The position numbers and the translations under genes were made by a program. The notes below the pieces were generated by a model that saw nothing but the letters and a program-made list of their open reading frames with translations, was not told the DNA's origin and did no database searches. Of a DNA stretch of 64,000 bases, positions 50,963-61,600 are shown in pieces. Within the stretch, counting starts at the first letter, position 1. Each line of letters begins with the position of its first letter. The stretch is from Synechococcus sp. (GTDB taxonomy: Bacteria; Cyanobacteriota; Cyanobacteriia; Thermostichales; PCC-7336), in the NCBI GenBank assembly GCA_051439605.1, contig JBFRWN010000098.1:1-64000 (forward strand). The letters run 5' to 3'.

Positions 50963-51449
50963 AGAGCCTTCGTTCCCTAGTTGCCCCCTGCCTTCATCTT
51001 GTCTCTAGTCGGCATGCCATGTTGCCAGCCGGTATCGATCGGCTGCATCTTGTCATTAAAGCTACCGAGATCGATACATAACGAAGGGTTTGGCGAATGA
51101 TAATCCTCAGCGACTTGAAGGCCGCGATATCCCTTCAATCCGCCCCAATCAATTCCAGCCACCCTCTGCATTATGGAACTCGCTTTCCCTCTCGAATTTG
51201 CCAACTTTTTGACCGAGACTTAAGAGCTGCTCCTCGAAGCACCAGCACAACACGTGCCATTTCCCCCGCAATACCTCCACGGCTAAAGGGCAATCAGAAA
51301 AAACTCCTGAGGCGATCGTCAACTTCAGTTAGCGGCTATGCTTGCCTTAATCACATACACTATATGTAGAGCCCTATTGATTTCAAGATCGAATAAAGGC
51401 CCACATGTAGAGTTAAGCCTTATCTCAATGAAGGCTATTTAGTCTGTCA

Positions 51450-52367
51450 ATGTGGGAACAAAGCATGAGATACGAGTTGCCAAAAAGCTATTCTGGGCGC
51501 GCTACCGTTAGCAATCGCCACATTACTCCGATGCCTCTGCCAGAAGAGGCCCAAAACAGATCCCCTTATCCCAATCAACCGGGTTATACCAGCCAATTGG
51601 AAACAATGACCCCTGAACGACTGGCATCCGCCCCTGAACCTCCTCTGCAACGCCTGCCGAAGAATGTGGTTCCAGCAGCCTACTACACTAAGCTGCTGGC
51701 TGAATACGAAAGCTGCACCCGGCAAAACAAGCAGTTGCGACAAACCCTCGAGCAACTTTTGGGGGACATTTCCAACATGCAAGCAAAATACGAGCAAGTC
51801 GTTGCAGAAGCTGTTGCTTCTCGTCCATCGCCCGCGCTCATTCGTCCACCCAGCCCTTCTTTTTACGCCAATAAAAAGGATGGTCAGTTGCATCAGCGTC
51901 AACCACGACCTGCGTTGGAGGCAATTTCACCCGCCCCGCAAGACAACAACCGCAACCTGACCAATTTCAATAAGGCCGATCTGAATAAGTTATTGCCAAG
52001 ACTCAGTTTTCTCAACCGATTGCGTCAGAGCGGGCGGCAATCTGCCCCTTCTCCACAACAATACGCACCACAGCAAGATGCATATCAGTTAGACGAGGTT
52101 AACAGCTTGAGCGATTTCCAAGGAGTGCAACCTTCCCCTGCCAACTTTTCTAGTCAGCAAGCAGGCGCTCAGGATATCGAATGCGATAGCCCCTACATGC
52201 GGGCTCGCGAAGAACAGGCCCAGAACGGTTCCCCACTATGGATATGGCTAGTGGCATGGCTACTGTTGCTGCCCGTGTCCGCAGGATTGGGCTACACCTT
52301 CGTACAGTGGATGGTGAATGCCGATGCTCCCACCCCCACGCCTAGCGTTATTCAGGAGGCAGAATAA
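51450..52367 (+). CDS. Hypothetical Pro/Gln-rich coiled-coil protein with C-terminal membrane anchor
   Basis: 305-aa ORF filling the gap; heptad-like segment YTKLLAEYE..EQVVAE and a hydrophobic helix LWIWLVAWLLLLPVSAGLGY. Confidence 0.7.
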   Translation: MWEQSMRYELPKSYSGRATVSNRHITPMPLPEEAQNRSPYPNQPGYTSQLETMTPERLASAPEPPLQRLPKNVVPAAYYTKLLAEYESCTRQNKQLRQTLEQLLGDISNMQAKYEQVVAEAVASRPSPALIRPPSPSFYANKKDGQLHQRQPRPALEAISPAPQDNNRNLTNFNKADLNKLLPRLSFLNRLRQSGRQSAPSPQQYAPQQDAYQLDEVNSLSDFQGVQPSPANFSSQQAGAQDIECDSPYMRAREEQAQNGSPLWIWLVAWLLLLPVSAGLGYTFVQWMVNADAPTPTPSVIQEAE

Positions 52368-52675
52368 CGGTTTGGGATCCCTATGGCTTAGAATGCCGAA
52401 GGATATGAAACACCTTATGAAAAAAGGAAACAGAGCTTTATCGCTGGAAGCTATCTGCTTGGACCAGAGAGCCCTCTTAATTTGAGCTTTTACGAGAGTA
52501 TGACCATCTGGGACAGTTGAGCCATCTGCTAGTCGGCAACTAACGCTCGAACTGTCTAGGTTTGAGGCGTCAGCGCTAAATCTTGGGTTACCCCTTACAC
52601 TAATGTGTATCGACGGCACTTGTGCCGAAATGTTACGCTGCCTCTGCTTAGCCCTACTCGTAGTCTGAAGTTCTC

Positions 52676-54046
52676 ATGGTTGCCTCCCCCATTCCTCAAA
52701 CGACCGGTCAGTCTCCCAATCAATCGTTGTATCCAGTCACCGCAGACATAAACGATGCAGGTCACTTGGAACTAGGAGGTTGTGATGTTGTGGAGTTAGC
52801 GCAAACCTACGGAACGCCCCTCTACATCGTTGACGAATCGACCATTCGGCAAACCTGTCGCAGTTACCTTGAGAGTTTCGAGCAGTTTTATAGCGACGAT
52901 CCAGATCGCGTGTTAGTTCTGTTCGCGTCTAAGGCGTGGAACTGCAAAGCTATTTGTGCCCTTGTCGCTCAAGAGGGCCTGGGCATTGATGTTGTCTCTG
53001 GCGGAGAGCTTTATACAGCGCTCCAAGCTGGTTTGACAGGCGATCGCATCTATCTACATGGCAACTATAAATCTGCCACTGAATTAGAAATGGCAGTAGA
53101 TGCAGACTGTACCGTAGTCGTGGACAATCTGTACGAGCTGCAGACCCTAGCCCAAATTGCTGGTTGCAAAAATAGGAATGTGCGGGTCATGCTGCGGGTG
53201 ACACCTGGTATTGAGTGCCATACTCACGAGTACATTAAAACCGGCCATATCGATAGCAAGTTCGGGTTCGACCCCAATCACCTAGAAGGGGTCTTCAAAC
53301 AACTCAGCCAACTCCCACTCATCAACTTCGTCGGTCTGCACGCTCACATTGGATCTCAAATCTTCGAACTTCAGCCCCACAACGATCTGGGCAATGTTCT
53401 CTGCCAGTTTTGGGTGAAAGCCCAGAGCTACGGCCTCAACCCCACCGAACTTAACGTCGGTGGCGGCCTAGGGATTCGCTACGTCGAGAGCGACGATCCC
53501 CCTTCGATACCCGAATGGGTCAAGTCCGTTTGTGAGGGGGTCAAGTCGAGCTTTACTCAGGCGGGGTTAGCTCTTCCTCGCCTACTGTGCGAGCCGGGCC
53601 GGTCCCTCGTGGGGCCATCCACCGTCACGGCTTATACCGCTGGGGGCAGCAAAGAAATTCCCAATATTCGCACTTACCTGACAGTGGATGGTGGCATGTC
53701 GGACAACCCACGTCCGATCACCTACCAAGCCCCTTATACCCCCGTCCTGGCCAACCGGCCCGAAGCCCCCGCAACACAAACCGTAACCGTCGCCGGTAAG
53801 CACTGTGAATCGGGTGACGTGCTGCTCAAAGACGTCGAAATGCCGGCGATCGCTCCGGGGGAAATTGTCGTCATTTTAGCCACTGGAGCCTACAACTACA
53901 GCATGGCCTCCAACTATAATCGCCTGCCTCGCCCCGCAGCTGTTCTGGTTCGCGAAGGTGCAGCAGACATCATCATCGAGAGGGAAACTTACGAAGACCT
54001 TTTACGTCAAGATGCTTTACCTTCCCGTTTGACCCCCGCCGACTAA
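52676..54046 (+). CDS. lysA: Diaminopimelate decarboxylase
   Basis: FASKA, DVVSGGE, SKFG, HAHIGSQIF, EPGRS, GKHCESGD and TGAYNYSMASNYN. Confidence 0.96.
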   Translation: MVASPIPQTTGQSPNQSLYPVTADINDAGHLELGGCDVVELAQTYGTPLYIVDESTIRQTCRSYLESFEQFYSDDPDRVLVLFASKAWNCKAICALVAQEGLGIDVVSGGELYTALQAGLTGDRIYLHGNYKSATELEMAVDADCTVVVDNLYELQTLAQIAGCKNRNVRVMLRVTPGIECHTHEYIKTGHIDSKFGFDPNHLEGVFKQLSQLPLINFVGLHAHIGSQIFELQPHNDLGNVLCQFWVKAQSYGLNPTELNVGGGLGIRYVESDDPPSIPEWVKSVCEGVKSSFTQAGLALPRLLCEPGRSLVGPSTVTAYTAGGSKEIPNIRTYLTVDGGMSDNPRPITYQAPYTPVLANRPEAPATQTVTVAGKHCESGDVLLKDVEMPAIAPGEIVVILATGAYNYSMASNYNRLPRPAAVLVREGAADIIIERETYEDLLRQDALPSRLTPAD

Positions 54047-54063
54047 GAGTAAGGACCTCGCCC

Positions 54064-54972
54064 ATGTTCGGGGCTTTGACAACATGGCTGCAATCGCTCA
54101 TTGGTGAGATCTCCGCATCAGTTTTGCTGGACTGGGGATTGGTGATACTCCTAATAGGCTTTGCACTCTACGCTACGCGAAGTACGCGTGCCGTTTGGCT
54201 TGTACGCGGCTACGTTGTCCTGCTCATGCTGGCTTCCCTAACCCGTCCCCTCGAGTTGCTGCATCAAGTCCTGAATGGAGTGCTGATTGGGGCGGCAGTT
54301 GCTTTGGCAGTATTATTTCAACCCGAACTTCGCAAAATGCTCGAGCAATTGGGGCGGGGAGATTGGTTTGAGTTTTTACCAGTGTTGATTAAGCCTTCAA
54401 CCGCGAATAGCAACCGCCGCACCGAGAATGCCCTCGACGAATTAATTCTAGCGGTAAAAGATTTGTCTAAAAACCGCACGGGTGCCCTGGTCGTGATCGA
54501 GCTTGAACAGGCGATCGATCCCCGCATCTTTACCGATGTAGGAGTTGAAATTCAAGGGCAAGTCTCAAAAGAACTCCTCCAAACAATTTTTCAGACATCC
54601 ACCCTTTTACATGATGGCGCTGTCCTAATCTCTAGCGATCGCATCAAGGCTGCTGGAGTAATTTTGCCCGTATCAGAACGGGTAGCATCCCGTCAGTTGG
54701 GGACTCGACACCGAGCAGCCATGGGGATTACCGAACAGGCCACCTGCTTGTGTATTGTAGTTTCTGAAGAAACAGGTTCAATTTCCCTGGCCGAAGCAGG
54801 CCGTCTTCAACGTCCCCTCACAAGCTCTATGCTGAGAGATGCCCTGGTCCAGCGGTTGCGCCCAAAACGGGAACCCAGCCGCGGTGCCTCTTCTTGGTCA
54901 GGTTGGGCCAACAACTTAGCAGGTTCATCGCGTCGTTTTATTACTGCACTGCAGGAAAGGCTGTCTAAATAA
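54064..54972 (+). CDS. cdaA: Diadenylate cyclase CdaA
   Basis: Three N-terminal TM helices, FQPELR, and the catalytic LHDGA and GTRHRAA motifs. Confidence 0.93.
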   Translation: MFGALTTWLQSLIGEISASVLLDWGLVILLIGFALYATRSTRAVWLVRGYVVLLMLASLTRPLELLHQVLNGVLIGAAVALAVLFQPELRKMLEQLGRGDWFEFLPVLIKPSTANSNRRTENALDELILAVKDLSKNRTGALVVIELEQAIDPRIFTDVGVEIQGQVSKELLQTIFQTSTLLHDGAVLISSDRIKAAGVILPVSERVASRQLGTRHRAAMGITEQATCLCIVVSEETGSISLAEAGRLQRPLTSSMLRDALVQRLRPKREPSRGASSWSGWANNLAGSSRRFITALQERLSK

Positions 54973-55721
54973 TGACTGCAACCTCCGGCTTACTCACCCA
55001 GCTACCCATCGATTTGGATACAGCCGCGTTGCCCCGACACGTTGCTGCAATCATGGATGGCAACGGTCGCTGGGCCCAACAGCAGAAGCTGCCAAGAGTC
55101 ATGGGACATCGAAAGGGGGTTGATGCCCTCAAGGACCTATTGCGCTGTTGCAAAGATTGGGGAATTCCAGCACTAACGGTCTACGCCTTTTCAACCGAGA
55201 ATTGGGGACGGCCGCTGGATGAAGTGGATTTCTTGATGGTGCTATTCGAACGCATGCTTAGGGCCGAGTTAGCAGAACTCATCCGTGAAGATGTGCGCAT
55301 TCGGTTTGTCGGCAATCTGGATCGCCTCAGGACTTCTCTAAAAGAAGAAATTTCTGGTGCCATGGCTGCAACAGCAGCCAATCAAGGGGTACAGTTTACT
55401 GTCGCCATGAACTATGGCAGTCGGGAAGAGATCGTACGGGCTTGTCGCCGATTAGCGAACCAAGTCAAGGATGGCACGATCGCCCCCGAGGAGATCACCG
55501 AAGAACTCTTTGCCCGCCACCTCTATACCCACGAACTGCAAGATCCTGACTTGTTGATACGCACCAGTGGGGAGCAGAGGCTCAGTAACTATTTGCTATG
55601 GCAGATGGCCTACACCGAGCAGTATTTCACCTCTACCCTTTGGCCTGACTTCGATCGCGCGGCCTTCCACCAAGCTCTACTCAGCTATCAACAGCGCCAC
55701 CGCCGGTTCGGAAAACTGTAG
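54972..55721 (+). CDS. uppS: Undecaprenyl diphosphate synthase (cis-isoprenyl transferase)
   Basis: [24 protein letters not shown] and [19 protein letters not shown]. Confidence 0.96.
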   Translation: MTATSGLLTQLPIDLDTAALPRHVAAIMDGNGRWAQQQKLPRVMGHRKGVDALKDLLRCCKDWGIPALTVYAFSTENWGRPLDEVDFLMVLFERMLRAELAELIREDVRIRFVGNLDRLRTSLKEEISGAMAATAANQGVQFTVAMNYGSREEIVRACRRLANQVKDGTIAPEEITEELFARHLYTHELQDPDLLIRTSGEQRLSNYLLWQMAYTEQYFTSTLWPDFDRAAFHQALLSYQQRHRRFGKL

Positions 55722-56144
55722 AGACCACCAACAGGTCTACACTGAAGACCCATCCAGCCATCGCAGGAGCAAGCAAGACCTGCAGAAGTAGGGAGGTACA
55801 TGGGAGACCTTCTCGATAGCCAAGTCGGTTATGGGTCGATCGTTAGCACGTGCAGGATTTAAGAATGCTTTGGGTCCAGTAATTTTGGCAGCCATATGGC
55901 TCGGCCTCACTCTACATGCCTTTTTCGCCAGTTTTTTGCCCTTACAGAATGCCGGTAGATACCGAGCTTTTGTCCGCATTGACTGCAATACAGCTTGTTG
56001 AGAACAATAATAAGTTGTTTCCCCATAAATGCCAGCAGTCGCCAAACAGCATGAGAAACTTTGATATGGGGTGAATGTCAAGTGATAATCTCGATATCAA
56101 TTCTACGTACTACATATATCTCTGCGACAAGGGAGAAAACTGTT

Positions 56145-56573
56145 ATGAGAAACCATTGGCTTGCGGGTCTATCTCGCCTTTGCAAAGCAACCCTAACCTT
56201 TATCGTTGGCCTCAGTCTCGTCTGCAACCTAGCGGCCCCTGCTTTTGCCCAGGAAGAAGCAGCGGCCCCTGCAGCCAAAGCTGAAGTTACTGAAGTTGAC
56301 GGTGTTCCCGTTATCGATTTGGAACCAAAGCTCGATCTAAACTACGCAATGTTGCGCCGTTTTCGCGAGCTACCTGGTTTTTACCCTACTTTGGGTCAAA
56401 AAATTCTTAAGGCCGTGCCTTTCGACTCTGTTGAGGATCTCCTTGAGATGGATGGCTTAACTGAAAAGCAGGTTCGACTCCTCAAAGCCAACTTCAAAAA
56501 CTTTGTTGTTGGGGAATATGACGAAGGAGCCAATGACTTTGAAACCCGACTAAACAAGGGCTTCTACGACTAG
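56145..56573 (+). CDS. psbU: Photosystem II extrinsic protein PsbU
   Basis: Signal peptide ending AFA, then KLDLN, GFYPTLG, PFDSVEDLL, GLTEKQ and RLNKGFY. Confidence 0.85.
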   Translation: MRNHWLAGLSRLCKATLTFIVGLSLVCNLAAPAFAQEEAAAPAAKAEVTEVDGVPVIDLEPKLDLNYAMLRRFRELPGFYPTLGQKILKAVPFDSVEDLLEMDGLTEKQVRLLKANFKNFVVGEYDEGANDFETRLNKGFYD

Positions 56574-56602
56574 TGCCGGTCGTTATCAATCATCCTGAAT
56601 TC

Positions 56603-56639
56603 CAACCGGGGTAGCGATGGTGCCACCCCGGTTTTTGTT
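56603..56639 (+). terminator. Intrinsic terminator after psbU
   Basis: AACCGGGGT...ACCCCGGTT hairpin followed by TTTGTT. Confidence 0.7.
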
Positions 56640-56703
56640 AATGTCGAGAACGGCTAGCCAATCAAGGGATGGGTAACGCCAGAGAACATTTAGGGCGAAT
56701 GGT

Positions 56704-57201
56704 ATGGTGCGAGAGCAGATATCGGTACTTGCACTGGATGTGGGAGATCGCCGCATTGGCGTTGCCGGCTGTGACGGCATGGGCCTGATAGCCACCGGAC
56801 TCACCACCATCCATCGCCAAAGCTTCAAAGTCGACATTGAAGCTTTGCGCCAGCTAGTAGTGGAACGACAAGCCCAACGATTTGTGGTGGGATTGCCCTT
56901 CAATATGGATGGCAGCTTGGGGTCCCAGGCGCGCAAGGTCAAAAAGTTTATGAGATCTGTGGTCAAACACATTCCATTACCAGTGGACTACGTGGATGAA
57001 CGCCTCACCACCGTCCAAGCACGTTGGAATCTCAAAGCTGCGGGCATTAAGCTGGGACAATCCAATAAGGGGCTGATAGACCGCGAAGCTGCCGCAGCCA
57101 TTCTTCAGCAGTGGCTCGAACAACGTAGGCTGCAACAAGAACGAGAACAAGCTGTAAATCCAATCCCGGAAGATTCTGGAACGGGTACCGCGTCACAGTA
57201 G
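56704..57201 (+). CDS. ruvX: YqgF/RuvX family nuclease
   Basis: LALDVGDRRIGVA, VVGLP, VDERLTT and ID..AAAAILQQWL. Confidence 0.93.
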   Translation: MVREQISVLALDVGDRRIGVAGCDGMGLIATGLTTIHRQSFKVDIEALRQLVVERQAQRFVVGLPFNMDGSLGSQARKVKKFMRSVVKHIPLPVDYVDERLTTVQARWNLKAAGIKLGQSNKGLIDREAAAAILQQWLEQRRLQQEREQAVNPIPEDSGTGTASQ

Positions 57202-57230
57202 ACTGTTTTTGAGTATATTTGCCGGCGTTT

Positions 57231-57770
57231 ATGAGTGACACGCTGCTTCTACGCGATGAACTGAACCACACTCTCGAATGCGAGATCCTCAAGCTAGTCG
57301 ACCTTGAAAGCGAAGACTACGCTTTGCTCATGCCTGTTCACCAACCGGTACAGATTTTGGCATGGGAGGAGGGTGAGTCAGAGGAAGACGACGACGAGGG
57401 AGGGTTGATCGATCTTGAAGAAGGCGAACTAGAAGCTGTATTTGCCACAGCACAAGCAGTCCTGGGAGAACTGAATCTCAAGCTCCGTCTCAGCGCCTAC
57501 ACGCTGACAGTAGAGGGAGATCTGCCCGAACCCATTGAGGAAACGGCGATCGAAATCGCCAATGGGGAAGACGAAGAAGATATCGAGGAATATCAATTAC
57601 TGGCAACGTTTTTCCATGAAGAGTGTCAGTTTGGTGTCTTTGCCCCTCTGGATCCCCTATTATTTTTTGCCTCGCAGCCTAACGGTTCTAACCCATCTCT
57701 CGTTTCCCCAGAAGATGACGAAGTGTTATTTTCGCGCCTTCAAGATCGATTGTTAGATTTAGCGGAATAA
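57231..57770 (+). CDS. DUF3727-family acidic protein
   Basis: YALLMPV..PVQILAW, AQAVLGELNL.L..SAYTLTVEG and PLDPLLFFA. Lies directly after ruvX. Confidence 0.8.
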   Translation: MSDTLLLRDELNHTLECEILKLVDLESEDYALLMPVHQPVQILAWEEGESEEDDDEGGLIDLEEGELEAVFATAQAVLGELNLKLRLSAYTLTVEGDLPEPIEETAIEIANGEDEEDIEEYQLLATFFHEECQFGVFAPLDPLLFFASQPNGSNPSLVSPEDDEVLFSRLQDRLLDLAE

Positions 57771-57838
57771 CTCATGCCCTCTTACCCCCCTAAAGCTTGG
57801 ACGTTGCGACGAGCTGAAACTGATGCCAGGATAAATGG

Positions 57839-57879
57839 GGAAAAATGTAACCAGCAAAGCTGGAAAAATGTAACCAGCA
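57839..57879 (+). repeat. 18-bp direct repeat upstream of mltG
   Basis: GGAAAAATGTAACCAGCA at 57839-57856 and again at 57862-57879. Confidence 0.85.
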
Positions 57880-57893
57880 CGGGAGGTTAAGTC

Positions 57894-58958
57894 GTGGGTT
57901 GGGTGCGCAACTGCATCAGGCTAGTGCTTGCAACAGGGATTGTCGCCAGCACAGCAGCGGTTGGAGGCTGGTACGGCTGGCGTCGACTGTCAGCGCCGGT
58001 CGTTGACCCTGCTTCAGATGCGTCTACTATTCGCATCACTATTGAACCTGGCAGCAACCTGCGGGACATTAGCCAGCAACTGCAGGCAGAGGGGGTTTTG
58101 CGTTCAGCTGCATCACTGGAACTGTGGATGCGTCTGAAGGATTTGGAGCCGAAGGCAGGTTCGTTCAATTTCGATCCCCGCTTAAGGACTCCTGAAATTG
58201 CAGCAGTGCTTCATGACGGGAGAGGAGTAGGCATCCAGTTCACGATTCCTGAGGGCTGGAGATTGACCCAAATGGCCGCCTACTTTGCTGACCTCGACTG
58301 GTTCTCTACCGAAGAGTTTCTTACCGCCGCCGAGCCAAAGAATTGGACTCAATATGAGTGGCTCCCCGCCAATCTTCCCCATCTAGAGGGGTGGTTGTTT
58401 CCCGACACCTATCAAATTTCGCCCGATCGCCGCACTCCTGAGGCCGCGATCGCCCGCATGCTAAAGAAATTTGAAACCACAGCACTGCCGTTATACCAAG
58501 ACTATGTAGCTAGTCACCCCAATCCCAAACTGACCCTGTTAGAGTGGGTTACTCTATCCAGCATTGTGGAGAAAGAGGCCGTATTGCCTGCAGAGCGTCC
58601 TGAGATTGCGGGGGTTTTCAGCAATCGACTCGTACGCGGCATTCCTCTGGGTTCCGATCCCACTGTGGAATATGCCTTTAACATCACCCAAACCCCCGAT
58701 CGGCGTTTAACCTACGAAGAAGTGGGGCGTCCATCCCCTTATAATACTTACGTCACAGCCGGCTTACCACCAACAGCGATCGCCAGTCCCGGCCTTGCTA
58801 GCCTCACAGCCACCCTATCGCCCGCAACTACAGACAACCTATACTTTGTCGCCCGCTACGATGGTAGCCACGTCTTTAGCAAAACCTACGAACAGCATCT
58901 GGCAGCCCAAAGGGAAATCGTTCGAGAACACCAACTCAAACCCAATGGCTCGGAATAA
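57894..58958 (+). CDS. mltG: Endolytic transglycosylase MltG
   Basis: TIPEG, LEGWLFPDTY, SIVEKEA, LGSDPTVEY and SPYNTY..GLPPTAIASPG. Confidence 0.93.
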   Translation: MGWVRNCIRLVLATGIVASTAAVGGWYGWRRLSAPVVDPASDASTIRITIEPGSNLRDISQQLQAEGVLRSAASLELWMRLKDLEPKAGSFNFDPRLRTPEIAAVLHDGRGVGIQFTIPEGWRLTQMAAYFADLDWFSTEEFLTAAEPKNWTQYEWLPANLPHLEGWLFPDTYQISPDRRTPEAAIARMLKKFETTALPLYQDYVASHPNPKLTLLEWVTLSSIVEKEAVLPAERPEIAGVFSNRLVRGIPLGSDPTVEYAFNITQTPDRRLTYEEVGRPSPYNTYVTAGLPPTAIASPGLASLTATLSPATTDNLYFVARYDGSHVFSKTYEQHLAAQREIVREHQLKPNGSE

Positions 58959-59171
58959 CAGAGCGACAGTATAAGGCAGACTATTCCTGTTGTTATATTC
59001 ACAGAGTGGGGCAATTGCCTGCCAGGTAGACTAAACTTCGAGCCGAGCCATAACGGCATCCAGGCGATTCTATAGGGGTTCTTTGATCTCCACAATGACA
59101 GCTAGAGGCCAAATAGACTCATCCACTCGAGATAATACACCCTATCCACCGTTACAATCAGCTAAGGACTC

Positions 59172-59714
59172 ATGTTGAGCAGCACCATGGCAGGTTCCCG
59201 AATCACCCATTGGATTCAGCTGTTGCAGCCGGATATTGTTGTGGGCGGTCCAGCAACCGATCTCTCCCCAGAAATTTTTCAGGCGAGGGGAATTCGGGGA
59301 CTGATTCTGGATATCGACAACACCATAGTCCCCACCACTAGGCCAGAGGCAACAACCGAGGTCAAATCATGGCTAGAAGAAATGCAAAATGCATTTCCCA
59401 TTTGGCTGGTGAGCAATAATTGGAATGCCAGCCGCATACGCCGGATTGCGATAGACTCCAATTTGCCCCATATCAGCCGAGCGGGGAAACCCTCGCGGCG
59501 GGCCCTGAGAAAAGCAGCCGAAGAGATGCAACTCCCTCCACCCGAGATTGCTGTGGTCGGAGATCGCATCTTTACCGACGTGATTGGCGGCAATCGCCTG
59601 GGCATGCTGACGACCTTTGTCGATCCCGTAGAACCTACTCTGCGACGGCCGCAGTTCTCCCTCGAAAGGCTCTTTTCATTGGCTTGGGGGATAAATCTAA
59701 AGAAAACATTATGA
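59172..59714 (+). CDS. YqeG-family HAD IIIA phosphatase
   Basis: LILDIDNTI, LVSNN, AGKP and VGDRIFTDVIGGNRLG. Confidence 0.9.
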   Translation: MLSSTMAGSRITHWIQLLQPDIVVGGPATDLSPEIFQARGIRGLILDIDNTIVPTTRPEATTEVKSWLEEMQNAFPIWLVSNNWNASRIRRIAIDSNLPHISRAGKPSRRALRKAAEEMQLPPPEIAVVGDRIFTDVIGGNRLGMLTTFVDPVEPTLRRPQFSLERLFSLAWGINLKKTL

Positions 59715-59820
59715 TTACAAGAACTCACTATAATCTCTGCAACTATTTCCTTAGCTTATATGGAGCCAAATTCTTAAAGAGGCTCTAAACGTTCAATATT
59801 CTTCTGTATAAATCGCTTAC

Positions 59821-59850
59821 GTGACCCCTCCTGAGTTCAGGAGGGGTTAT
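59821..59850. repeat. 30-bp palindrome A
   Basis: GTGACCCCTCCTGAGTTCAGGAGGGGTTAT; related to 61601-61630. Confidence 0.8.
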
Positions 59851-59910
59851 TTATGTCGACCGTCCAGTCGCTTAGAACATTTCAGAGATACCAGAGCCCT
59901 GACTAGGAAT

Positions 59911-60032
59911 ACCGTCAGTTCGTTAGTATTGGCCTCTAATAAACGTGAGCGGAATGTGAACGAAAATGATGTAGGCATTCGAGGCTCTTGTCCCCCTTTC
60001 CCGAGTCGGGAGAAGGGAATCGATCTCAGGCG
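59911..60032 (-). repeat. MITE-like dispersed repeat, copy 3 (inverted, internally shorter)
   Basis: The reverse complement reads CGCCTGAGATCGAT..CTCCCGACTCGGGAAAGGGGGACAAGAGCCTCGAATGCCTAC..GGCCAATACTAACGAACTGACGGT and aligns with copies 1 and 2. Confidence 0.8.
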
Positions 60033-60274
60033 GACTAGATCTTTCTGTCCGAACTGAAATGGCCATAGCTATGTTTGGCGTCACAGTTTTTTTTGCAATC
60101 AAGATCACCGAGTCAAGATCAATTCTTCTGAATCACCGCGTAAGGGGTTTAAACGAGCGCATACTGTCCGCACCTGTTATTAGCGTGCCTATCACGAGTC
60201 CCTCACCGAGCTTCATTTGCTCCTGCAGGTCCACAAGAAGCCAAGTTAGCAACTTATAACCATCAACCAGCGTA

Positions 60275-61445
60275 AGCAGTCCAGGGTAGAAAAAAGACAC
60301 TAAATTTAGATATGTAAAGGTTTGCTTGAGGAGTAATTGTATTTATGGGAGCACGAATGAGAGTGTTTCTGACCCCAGCTGAAGAGCGAACCCTGTGGGA
60401 GCTGAGAAAAGCCACCACCGTCATCCAGAGAGTCAAAGACCGCGCTGAAGCCGTACGCTTGAGTCATCAAGGCTGGTATGTGGAGAAAATTGCCGCCCAT
60501 CTCCACTGGCACATTAGTACAGTCAGGACAACCCTCAAACGTTGGCAGGATAGAGGATTAGGAGGTCTCTGGGATGCTCCAGGACGAGGAAAAGAGCGTA
60601 CCTGGCAAGAGGAAGACATCGTTTATCTAGAGAATTGCCTACGGGAAGAGGAGAGAACCTACAACAGCGCGCAGCTGGCGGAGAAACTCAAGTGCGAGCG
60701 TGGTGTGAGTCTGAGTCCCGATCACCTACGCCAGATCCTCAAAAAAAGGGTGTGATTTGGAAGCGCACCCGACAAAGTCACCGGCAGCGACAAGACTCTG
60801 AACAATGCGCCATCAAGCAAGCCGACTTGGAGATGTTAGAGATGGCGGCAGCAGTGGGGGAGATTGATTTGCTCTACGGCGATGAGTCCAGTTGCTGCTT
60901 GTGGAGTGCCGCCAGTTACAGCTACTATTTCCGCGGCGAGCAGAAGCGGCAAGAGCAGACCCAGAAGCGGGGTCGACGACTCAGCATTATGGGCTTGTGG
61001 CAGCCCTTCATGAGCTTTGTTTTCAGCTTGGTGTTGGGTGGATTCAAAAGCCCAGACTTCATCGCCATGATGGACGAGCAGGCGCGCGTTGCGGCTGATG
61101 CCTTCCAGCGCACGGGTCGGATTCGCGTGATTGTCCTGGACAATGGCTCGATCCACACCAGCAAGGCAGCGACAGCTAAGCTCTCGGAATGGCAAGCTCA
61201 GGGCCTTTACCTCTTCTTCTTGCCACCCTATTGCTCGGAGATGAACCCAATTGAACTGGAATGGGAGCATCTCAAGCGCGATGAGCTGGTTGGCCAGATG
61301 TTTGAGTCGGAACAGGAGTTGGCTTGCCACGTGGTCTTTGGACTTGAAGCTCGGGGCGAGCGGAATTGTCATACGGCTGAATATGTCAACCTTCGTCCAT
61401 CGCAAAAATGCGTTACATAGTTCGTTATTTCTTGCCTGGCCTACT
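60275..61445 (+). mobile_element. IS630-family insertion sequence (about 1.17 kb)
   Basis: TA at 60273-60274 and 61446-61447. Imperfect inverted ends TAAGCAGTCCAGGGTAGAAAAAAGACACTA versus TAAGTAGGCCAGGCAAGAAATAACGAACTA (22/30 identical, counting the TA). Confidence 0.92.
60345..61420 (+). CDS. IS630 transposase in two frames, joined by a -1 shift at A7-GGG (60741-60750)
   Basis: OrfA (60345-60755) is an HTH region. The -1 frame continues KKGVIWKRTR with DDE motifs YGDES, VLDNGSIH and PPYCSEMNPIE. Confidence 0.88.
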
Positions 61446-61600
61446 TACAAGTAATTACAGAGCCCAAAGGATTATGAAGAAAATATTACGTATTCAATCG
61501 ATCCCGCACAAAATCTGGCAATGTAATAGGTGTTGAAACGGAACCGCCACGATATATAAGGTTCTGACCATAAATCCCCTGAGGATATATTCCTTCGCAA

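Noticed and set aside
61494..61575. Short RTLYIVAVP similarity to the RsmI N-terminus beside the IS
   Set aside because: Only nine residues with no continuation in any frame; probably chance.
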